This document shows, piece by piece, positions 30,927 to 38,754 of a stretch of 61,342 bases of DNA. This DNA comes from Anaerolineae bacterium. GTDB taxonomy: Bacteria; Chloroflexota; Anaerolineae; E26-bin7. Where the stretch lies: contig JBGVTF010000036.1 of assembly GCA_041862415.1 (NCBI GenBank), positions 1-61,342 of the forward strand. Direction: 5' to 3'. Every line of letters starts with the position of its first letter. Positions within the stretch are counted from its first letter, which is position 1. The position numbers and the translations under genes are program-made. Below the pieces are notes generated by a model that was not told the origin of the DNA, made no database searches, and was given only the letters and a program-made list of their open reading frames with translations.

Positions 30927-33900
30927 ATGCAAGAGCGACGGAAACTCACCAATCTAGTTCTAGCTCTGGGGGCATTGGCCCTGGGTGCTATCGCCCAGGG
31001 CCGTTTCGTTGCCAGGGAGCCTGGAGACGCCCTCATTCTCTATCTGGTGGCTGTCATAGTGTTCATCTATGCCGGCCGTCCCTGGGAGAAGGTTGAGGCC
31101 GTGGACACATCTGGCGGGGGTCACGATGCTGCGGCAGGAGCGGAGCCGCCGACGGAGCCCGTAGCGTCCCCCTGGCGGCTGCGCGGGGGCATCGCCCTTC
31201 TCCTCCTGGCAATGCTGTGCAGTCTCTTTGCCTTGCGTTCTTTCAGACAGGTTAGCGGCTCGTCTGAGGCCTGGTACCTCTATCTGACCAGCCTGGTCTT
31301 CTTGGTCGGTTCTTTCTATGTCTGGGCAGGAAGCCGTACTCAGAGACCTTGGGTTATCACCTCTCCCTATTGGAAGGAAGCGGCCCTCCTAGCTATGATC
31401 CTTCTCATTGGGGCCTTCATGCGTCTCTACAAGTTCACTGCTCTTCCCTTTGGCACCTGGTACGATGAGGCCGACAACGGCCTGTGGGCCCTGAAGGTCC
31501 TCAATGATCCTTCCTACCGCCCTATCTACATCGAGTCCACCAACCTGCCGGCCCACTTTGTCTTTCTCATTGCTCTCTCTTTCAAGCTGTTGGGGGCAAC
31601 CACTACCCTGGCTATCCGCGCTGTGACCGTGGTCTTTGGCCTGGCGACGGTGATGGTTGCCTATCTCCTGGGCCGTGAGTTTTTCAACCGGAAGCTGGCC
31701 CTCGTGCTGGCCTTCTTCCTGGCTGTCTCCCGCTGGGATGTCAATTTCAGCCGGATTGGTTTGCATGGTGTGACCACCCCCTTCTTCGAGTTGGCTGTCA
31801 TCTATTTCCTGCTCAAGGGGCTGCGACGTAAAGCCGTCCAGGACTTTGTCTGGGGTGGCCTGAGCCTGGGATTGGGTCTCTGTTTCTATGCCCCTTACCG
31901 TCTTTTTCCTGGGGTGATCGCCCTTTTTCTGCTCTATCAAGTGGTCACGCGCCGGGGCTTTTTGCGAGAGCACTATCGCCATCTGCTCGTCTTCAGTCTG
32001 GCGGCCCTTTTGGCTGTGGCTCCAGTGTTGCAGTTCGCCTGTCAGCACACCGAAAAGTTCCTGGCTCGTACACGGAGGACCTCTATTTTCAGCCAGGAAG
32101 TCAACCAACCTGGCTGGAAAGCGGTGGATGACAATCTCGGCAAACACCTCTTGATGTTTAATTACCGAGGCGATCCCAATGGTAGACATAACTTGCCTGG
32201 CGAGCCCATGCTCGATTCCACAACATCTGTCCTCTTTCTCATCAGTCTGGGCTACAGTCTCTACCATTTGCGGAGACGCCAGTGCTTTCTGTTGATCATC
32301 TGGTTTGCAGTGATGCTCTCTGGGGGTGTTTTCTCCCTTGACTTCGAAGCGCCTCAATCGTTGCGGGCCATCGGGACCCTGCCGGTGGCCTACGTGTTAG
32401 CCTGTGTTGTCCTGCAACAACTGGAGGGGGCATTCACTCGGGGTTGGGGGGCTCGGGGAGGCAGGTATTTCAGTGGGGCCTTGGTTTTCCTCCTGGCCTG
32501 GATTGGATACGCTAATTTTCACACCTATTTCTACCGCCAGGCGCGGGACTTTGCTGTCTGGAATGCCTTCTCTACGCCCGAGACCCTAACCGCCCGGGCC
32601 ATGAAAGCCGCGGCTGGTCACTACGACTTTTACGTAACCTCCCTCTATTATCAGCATCCCACTGTGCGTTTCATTGTCCCTAATGTAGTCAGCTACAAGA
32701 GGTGGGATACTTCGGACAACTTGCCCATTCGCGAACCGGGTGAGAGGCCGTTGTTCATCCTCCTTGATGCTGAAAAACGCTCGGACTTTTTGGAGGCTCA
32801 AAGCTACTATCCCGACGCCGATTTCGAGGAACTAGCCCCCCCCTTTGGCGGCCCAACGGTGCTCTACACCATCCGTCTGACAGGCGATGATCTCAGGGGC
32901 GTCCAGGGCCTGATGGCTTACTATTATCGGAGCGAGGAGTGGGAGGGGGAAGCAGCTCTAGAGCACCAGGAAGAGCCTGTTCTGAGCAAAGTCGAAGGGA
33001 GCCTGGACTTGAACTGGCCGGGTGAGGCTCCCTGGGCCGGACCATTCAGCGTTGAGTGGCGGGGTGTGCTCTATGCCCCTCAATATGGGCCGTATCTTCT
33101 GAGGCTGGAAGCGCCGGCCGAAGCGCAGTTGTACCTGGACGAGAGTCTGCTCCTGGATGGCAGTGGGGTGATGGCTCAGGATATCACCCTGGCCGAAGGC
33201 AATCACGCCTTGCGCGTCCGAGCCGTGGGGGCCGAAGGGCGGTTGAGGCTCCAGTGGCGAGCACCCGGTGATGAGGAGACCCTCGTTCCCACCTGGGCTC
33301 TCTACAGGCCGCCGGTGACCAACAACGGTCTTTTGGGAACCTATTATCAGAACCTCGACTGGGCTGGACCTCCAGCCTTGGCCCGGATTGACCCCATACT
33401 GTCCATGTATTTTCACATTACCCCTCTGCCTCGGCCCTACACTGTAGAATGGCAGGGGGTGATTTCCATCCCCTACGCGGGTGTCTACGCCTTTGGCCTG
33501 GAATCCATTGACGACTCTCACCTGTACATAGATGGCCGTTTAGTGGTTGAGGCCACGGAGCCCAACGTTTACAGTGAGGGGTCCGTCGAACTTATGGAAG
33601 GCTTCCATGACATCCGCCTGCGTTATACCGACCGTAGTGGTTACTCTCACATTAACCTGTACTGGACACCGCCTGGCCAGGGCCGTCAGATTGTGCCTTC
33701 GCAGAACCTCTATCCGCCTCAGGGCAGCTATGCCCAGGCTCCCCCGCCTTCGCCACCTCCCGTAGCCTCGGTTGAGTTGGGTGAACTGGCCCTCGATTTT
33801 GTCTCGGCCTGGGGCACCCAGGGGACCGGGCCGGGTGAGTTCAACGAGCCCCGTGACATCGCTGTAGACGCAAAGGGCCGCCTCTACGTGGCCGACACGG

Positions 33901-34622
33901 GCAACCGCCGAGTGCAGGTCTTCGACAGCGGGGGGCAATTCATCGCCAGTTGGGATGGTGGGGAGGACGAGTTTGTGGAACCGTTGGCCCTGGTCATTGA
34001 CAGTCGGGGGGACCTCTATGTTCTCGATTCCGAGCCGGGCTGGATCTACCGTTTCGCCGCTGATGGTACCCTTTTGGGGCGCTTCGCCGGGCCCGAAGCC
34101 CGTTTGTTCCACCCGCGAGGTCTGACCATTGATGAGGCCGACAGGCTCTATGTGGCCGACACGGGGGGATGCCGGGTGGTCGTTTACAACACCGCTGGCG
34201 AGCGCCTGGGCCTGTTTGGATCGAAAGGGTCAGGGCCGGGCCAGTTCTTGGAGCCCACGGATGTAGCCCTGGATGGCCGGGGTGCCCTCTACGTGGTGGA
34301 CAGCAGCAACCAGCGGGTGCAGCATCTTGACCCCTGGGGTGGCTACCGGGCCGAGTGGCCCATACCTGCGGCTGGTACTTACAACGGCTCTCATCTAGCC
34401 CTGGCCCCGGACGGCTCCCTTCTCATGACCGCTCCTGAGCAGCACCAAATTCAGCGTTACTCTCCCGTCGGGACGCTCCTGGGCCAGTGGGGAGACGATG
34501 GTACGGCCGCTGGGCAGTTTCACATCCCGGTAGGGCTGGCGGTGGACCAGGACGGGAACGTCTACGTGGCCGATACTCTGAACCACCGCTTGCAAAAGTT
34601 CGTGTTGCGGAGAGAGGAATAG
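30927..34622 (+). CDS. GT-C (ArnT/PMT_2-like) membrane glycosyltransferase fused to two PA14 domains and an NHL-repeat propeller
   Basis: 1231 aa. The N-terminal polytopic part has FGTWYDEADNGLW. The PA14-like blocks are GLMAYYYRSEEWEG...FSVEWRGVLYAPQYGPYLLRL and GLLGTYYQNLDWAG...YTVEWQGVISIPYAGVYAFGL. NHL repeats occupy the C-terminus. Confidence 0.85.
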   Translation: MQERRKLTNLVLALGALALGAIAQGRFVAREPGDALILYLVAVIVFIYAGRPWEKVEAVDTSGGGHDAAAGAEPPTEPVASPWRLRGGIALLLLAMLCSLFALRSFRQVSGSSEAWYLYLTSLVFLVGSFYVWAGSRTQRPWVITSPYWKEAALLAMILLIGAFMRLYKFTALPFGTWYDEADNGLWALKVLNDPSYRPIYIESTNLPAHFVFLIALSFKLLGATTTLAIRAVTVVFGLATVMVAYLLGREFFNRKLALVLAFFLAVSRWDVNFSRIGLHGVTTPFFELAVIYFLLKGLRRKAVQDFVWGGLSLGLGLCFYAPYRLFPGVIALFLLYQVVTRRGFLREHYRHLLVFSLAALLAVAPVLQFACQHTEKFLARTRRTSIFSQEVNQPGWKAVDDNLGKHLLMFNYRGDPNGRHNLPGEPMLDSTTSVLFLISLGYSLYHLRRRQCFLLIIWFAVMLSGGVFSLDFEAPQSLRAIGTLPVAYVLACVVLQQLEGAFTRGWGARGGRYFSGALVFLLAWIGYANFHTYFYRQARDFAVWNAFSTPETLTARAMKAAAGHYDFYVTSLYYQHPTVRFIVPNVVSYKRWDTSDNLPIREPGERPLFILLDAEKRSDFLEAQSYYPDADFEELAPPFGGPTVLYTIRLTGDDLRGVQGLMAYYYRSEEWEGEAALEHQEEPVLSKVEGSLDLNWPGEAPWAGPFSVEWRGVLYAPQYGPYLLRLEAPAEAQLYLDESLLLDGSGVMAQDITLAEGNHALRVRAVGAEGRLRLQWRAPGDEETLVPTWALYRPPVTNNGLLGTYYQNLDWAGPPALARIDPILSMYFHITPLPRPYTVEWQGVISIPYAGVYAFGLESIDDSHLYIDGRLVVEATEPNVYSEGSVELMEGFHDIRLRYTDRSGYSHINLYWTPPGQGRQIVPSQNLYPPQGSYAQAPPPSPPPVASVELGELALDFVSAWGTQGTGPGEFNEPRDIAVDAKGRLYVADTGNRRVQVFDSGGQFIASWDGGEDEFVEPLALVIDSRGDLYVLDSEPGWIYRFAADGTLLGRFAGPEARLFHPRGLTIDEADRLYVADTGGCRVVVYNTAGERLGLFGSKGSGPGQFLEPTDVALDGRGALYVVDSSNQRVQHLDPWGGYRAEWPIPAAGTYNGSHLALAPDGSLLMTAPEQHQIQRYSPVGTLLGQWGDDGTAAGQFHIPVGLAVDQDGNVYVADTLNHRLQKFVLRREE

Positions 34623-34679
34623 GGTGCTTCCGAGATGGGAATCGTTCGTGCAGGCCTGACCTGCATATAGGAGGTCGTC

Positions 34680-37511
34680 TTGACAAATCTCGTCCCGGTC
34701 GCTTTGGCCTTTGGCTTGGCAGCCGTCGCCCAGATTTTCTTCGTCAAGCGCATTCATTTCAATGCAGCCCTGATCCTCTACGCTCTAGCCATCCTGGCAG
34801 TTTGGGCCCTGCGGTGGGCGGAGAAATCCTCTCCAAAAGAGGGGAGGGTTGGAGTATTGAAGCCATCCCCAGGAGGGAGGTGGAGAGGTGTCATTTATCT
34901 GGCGGCCGCGGTGGCCTTGGGCGGTTGTGCCGCCTGCTACCTGAGCCACGATTGGGCGTATCTAAATCGAGCATCGCTCCTGTACGGGGTGGGGTTGGCT
35001 CTGGCCACCTATGCTTTCTCCCTCCTTGAGGGTTGGGGCATCAAGGATTCGCTGGTCCAAACATGGCAAGCGATGAGGCGTAATAAAGCCGAGCTCCTCC
35101 TTTTAGGAATCGTCCTTCTCCTTGGTCTTTTCTTGCGTTTTCATCGTCTGAATGACTACCCGCCGCCTGGTGGCATCTCCTGGAACGATGAGGCCCAGAT
35201 GGGAAAGGACGCCCACGAATTCCTCCGGGGCCGCGCTCATCCTTGGCAGTTTCCCTTCTCCGTCTATCTGCCTGTTCTTTCCTTTATGGTTTTTGGCGAG
35301 AGCGTCCTTGCCCTTCGTTTGCCTTTCATCTTGATGGGCTTCGCTATGCTGATCCCCTTCTACCTTTTCGTGAGGGACCTTTTCAGCCCGAGGATCGCCT
35401 TGCTGGGAACCTCTCTTTTAACCATCTCCCGCTGGCATATAAGTTTCACCAAGCTTGTTCTACCTTCCACACCCACTGCCCTTCTCGGGCTTTTGAGCTT
35501 CTATTTCCTCTTCCGAGGGCTGCGCACCAAGAGAAAGATGAACTACGCTTTGGCGGGCATGACCACGGCTCTGGGACTCTACAGCCATGCTTCCTACCGG
35601 ATTGTTCCGTTAATCATTTTCACCCTCTTCCTCGCCAAGGTCGTCTCCACCTGCGGCGCCCTCCTTCTCTCACCTCAGCCCACAAAATGGAGGAGGGTCT
35701 TGGCCATCTTTCGCGAAAACTATCAAGGCCCATTAGTCCTTCTCATCACAGCCCTCTTATTCGCCGTCCCCTTTATTGCCATCGTCAAGCGGGCCCCGCA
35801 GACGATATTCATGGAGCGGTTTACCAGCGTCATGCCTATCCTCTTTGCCCCCAACAAGTTCAACCACCTGAGGGACCTTGGCCCCAGAATCCGAGAAGTG
35901 TTTTTACTTTTTAATCATAAAGGGGAGAGGTGGGGGGGCATCAACCTTCCGGCGACACCCATGCTGGACCCTTTCACCGCCGTCCTCTTCGCTCTTGGTT
36001 TGGGATACTGCCTCTTCTACTTCTGGCGAGATGAGAACCTCTTCTTCCTCCTTTGGTTCTTCTTTGCCATGATCGGTGGCGGGGTTCTAGTTGAGGGCTT
36101 TCGCAGCCATCGTATCTTCATTGTGATACCCGTCGTCTACATCTTTGCCTGCGTCACCCTGGACTGGGCCTGGCGGGAGTTTGAAAGCGTTCTTCAGCTA
36201 AGGGGAAAGGTGAAATACGTTGTTCCTGTGGCTCTCCTGGTGGTCTTGCTCTGCCTGTCCGCCTGGACAAACTATGATACCTTCTTCAACAAGCAGATCA
36301 GTGCCCCCGAAGTGCGCCAAGAGTTCCTGAGAGATATCGCCGCTATTGCCAATCACATCGGCTCATTGGGACAAGGTTACCACGTCTATCTCTTGGCCAA
36401 TTTCCCCTTTTATGTGCAGGGGCACGATTTCGCCTGGATGGCTGGGGACCCCCAGGGGCGGCGAGGCGTGGACATCACGGAGATACTCCCTAGCCGTGAC
36501 TCCACCCAGGCCGACGTCGCTTACATCTTTAGCGTCCCCTACGACGTCCAAGCCCTGTCGGCCCTCGTCCGCCGTTTCTACCCTGGAAGCGAGGTACAAA
36601 TCTTTCACGGCGATTACAACCGCTACACCTTCGCCTCCTGCCTGGTTCAACGGGAGGAGGTGGAATCGCTGCAGGGGCTCGTGGGCTGGTATCACCACGG
36701 GTTGGATTGGTCGGGCGAGCCTGCCCTCATCAGGAAAGACGCGACGATTTCGTTCGATTTTAGTCATCCCCCTATCCCATTTCCTTTCAGCGTCCAATGG
36801 GAGGGTGCGATCTATGTCCCCATTTACGGCGAGTATGTCTTTGCTGCTGAATCCGAGGGGAAGTCATGGGTCTATCTGGACGATTCCCTCTTAATCGAGG
36901 GCGAGGGTGAAGGGAAGGCTACCCTGGCCATAGGTTGGCACCGGCTTAAGGTTCGTTATGTGGCGGAAGAAAAGGGGGGAGCCATGAGGCTCCACTGGCA
37001 TCCGCCGGGAGGGAAAAGGGAGATCATCCCCCCCTATGCCCTCTCCACCGCGGCCCCCGTCAACGGCTTGGTGGGCAGCTATTATCGCGGCAGGGATTGG
37101 ACAGGGGAGCCTGTCTTCAAGCGTATCGACCCTTTGGTTCTCCTGACCTGCATCCCATCCCTGTGGCGTGGTCGCCCCAGCCCTGATTTAGAAGGCCAGC
37201 CTTACAGCGTACAGTGGGCAGGTTATCTCCGCTTGGAAAAAGAAGGAGATTACACCTTCCAGGTGGAGTCCCGGAGCGGTGGGACGACGGTCTACATAGA
37301 TGATCGCATAGTGCTGGAGGAGCCGGGACGTCCTTACGTCCTCTCTACCAAAGAGACTCGGGTGGCTCTGGAGGAGGGCTGGCACGAGATCGAGGTAAGA
37401 TATTCCTACCAGGATGGGGAGTCCAGCGGTGTAAGTCTGTATTGGATCACTCCCTTTGGTGAGAGAGAAGTCGTGCCGCCGGAGGTTCTTTATCCCTCGC
37501 CCATCGAGTAG
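34680..37511 (+). CDS. GT-C (ArnT/PMT_2-like) membrane glycosyltransferase fused to two PA14 domains
   Basis: 943 aa. A TTG start lies 5 nt after the SD AGGAGG (34669-34674). It has ISWNDEAQMGKDAHEFL and two PA14 blocks (GLVGWYHHGLDWSG...FSVQWEGAIYVPIYGEYVF and GLVGSYYRGRDWTG...YSVQWAGYLRLEKEGDYTF). Confidence 0.85.
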   Translation: MTNLVPVALAFGLAAVAQIFFVKRIHFNAALILYALAILAVWALRWAEKSSPKEGRVGVLKPSPGGRWRGVIYLAAAVALGGCAACYLSHDWAYLNRASLLYGVGLALATYAFSLLEGWGIKDSLVQTWQAMRRNKAELLLLGIVLLLGLFLRFHRLNDYPPPGGISWNDEAQMGKDAHEFLRGRAHPWQFPFSVYLPVLSFMVFGESVLALRLPFILMGFAMLIPFYLFVRDLFSPRIALLGTSLLTISRWHISFTKLVLPSTPTALLGLLSFYFLFRGLRTKRKMNYALAGMTTALGLYSHASYRIVPLIIFTLFLAKVVSTCGALLLSPQPTKWRRVLAIFRENYQGPLVLLITALLFAVPFIAIVKRAPQTIFMERFTSVMPILFAPNKFNHLRDLGPRIREVFLLFNHKGERWGGINLPATPMLDPFTAVLFALGLGYCLFYFWRDENLFFLLWFFFAMIGGGVLVEGFRSHRIFIVIPVVYIFACVTLDWAWREFESVLQLRGKVKYVVPVALLVVLLCLSAWTNYDTFFNKQISAPEVRQEFLRDIAAIANHIGSLGQGYHVYLLANFPFYVQGHDFAWMAGDPQGRRGVDITEILPSRDSTQADVAYIFSVPYDVQALSALVRRFYPGSEVQIFHGDYNRYTFASCLVQREEVESLQGLVGWYHHGLDWSGEPALIRKDATISFDFSHPPIPFPFSVQWEGAIYVPIYGEYVFAAESEGKSWVYLDDSLLIEGEGEGKATLAIGWHRLKVRYVAEEKGGAMRLHWHPPGGKREIIPPYALSTAAPVNGLVGSYYRGRDWTGEPVFKRIDPLVLLTCIPSLWRGRPSPDLEGQPYSVQWAGYLRLEKEGDYTFQVESRSGGTTVYIDDRIVLEEPGRPYVLSTKETRVALEEGWHEIEVRYSYQDGESSGVSLYWITPFGEREVVPPEVLYPSPIE

Positions 37512-37572
37512 CAGGCGTTGCAGGTGGGCGTGCAAGATTTCTATCTCAGGATTTAGGCCACATACCAATGAG

Positions 37573-37600
37573 TTGACAGAAGACCAGAAGTGGGTATAGT
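37573..37600 (+). promoter_or_regulatory. candidate sigma-70-type promoter TTGACA-16-TATAGT
   Basis: TTGACA is at 37573-37578 and TATAGT at 37595-37600, in the 266-nt gap upstream of the DUF2284 gene. Confidence 0.4.
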
Positions 37601-37777
37601 ATTTGTGGTCCTGATCAGCGCCGTCACTGTGGCCATGCTGTCCGCAGCTACTGTCGGTGAACTCATGTGGCTCATGCCTTTGCATCCCTCCATCGGCGAG
37701 GCGATGGAGGACGCTGTGCTGGGTGTGGACAAGCGGTCGTTGCATTTGCCCAAGTGGTAGCGAAAGGAGGCGTAGCA

Positions 37778-38440
37778 TTGACGACACAGGGAGTAATGCC
37801 CAGGGCTTTGGGCAAAGCAGTGGATGAAGAGACTTTAGGAACCGATTTGGAGCGTTACCGCGAATTGGCGTTAGAGTCGGGAGCTTCAGGGGCGGCGGTC
37901 ATTCCTGCCAGCGACGTCATCATAGATGAGCGGGTACGGCTGAAATGCGTGGTACCCCGTTGTCTCCGTGCCGGGGAAACCCCCAACTGCCCTCCCTATG
38001 CCCCAGACCTGGACCTGGTACGCCGTGCCATGAGCCGGTTCTCCTGGGCGATACTGTTCAAGTGCGACGTTAAACCGATAGAGAAGTATGCACCGGGTAG
38101 AGGAGCGACCAAAGCAGAGCAGCGGCGTACGCTTTCTTTTCACCAGAAGAGCGGCGAGGTGGTCTACGCCCTGGAGCGCCAGGCGTACAAGGACGGCTAC
38201 CATCTGACCATGGGGTTCGGAGGCGGCTCCTGCAAGGATTACCTGTGCCAGGGGATGATATGCCAGTTTCTGGATAGTGGCAGGTGTCGTTTCCCTCATC
38301 GCGCCCGGCCGGCGATGGAAGCGATGGGCATAGATGTAATCGCTCTGGTCAACAAAGCGGGCTGGGAAGCTTACGCCCTGCTGGATGACCTCAGTGTCGT
38401 CCCTTGTGCCGTCACTGTGGGTATCGTCTTTATTTTTTGA
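37778..38440 (+). CDS. DUF2284-family predicted metal-binding protein
   Basis: Cys-rich motifs are present (KCVVPRCLRAGETPNCPPY and GGGSCKDYLCQGMICQF...GRCRFP). A TTG at 37778 lies 7 nt after the SD AGGAGG (37765-37770); the ORF is open from 37667. Confidence 0.75.
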   Translation: MTTQGVMPRALGKAVDEETLGTDLERYRELALESGASGAAVIPASDVIIDERVRLKCVVPRCLRAGETPNCPPYAPDLDLVRRAMSRFSWAILFKCDVKPIEKYAPGRGATKAEQRRTLSFHQKSGEVVYALERQAYKDGYHLTMGFGGGSCKDYLCQGMICQFLDSGRCRFPHRARPAMEAMGIDVIALVNKAGWEAYALLDDLSVVPCAVTVGIVFIF

Positions 38441-38452
38441 GTGAGGTGAAAA

Positions 38453-38632
38453 ATGGGCCGAGATGTGGCAGAGTTGGTAGAACCTTATCTCTCGGAAGAG
38501 CCTGCCAGGTGGAGCAAGTTGGCCAGTAATATCCAATGGCGTCGCCTGCAGCTTTTGCTGCTGAGAGAGATTCTTATCGAATTGCGAAAACTGAGCCGCG
38601 GGGGTTTGAAGCAGGAAGAGGCTGGGGAATAG
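38453..38632 (+). CDS. small hypothetical protein (59 aa; below the ORF-track cutoff)
   Basis: An ATG at 38453 follows the SD gaggtga. It encodes MGRDVAELVEPYLSEEPARWSKLASNIQWRRLQLLLLREILIELRKLSRGGLKQEEAGE*. No family was recognised. Confidence 0.3.
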   Translation: MGRDVAELVEPYLSEEPARWSKLASNIQWRRLQLLLLREILIELRKLSRGGLKQEEAGE

Positions 38633-38754
38633 GGCCTTTTATTCCTCCATCCACGAATTTCCCCAATTCTGGAACAGTCGCCACGTCATCTGGGTTATAC
38701 CTTTGACACCCCTTATAGCCCATGCTATACTTGTCCCCAGGGGGACAGCAGTAG

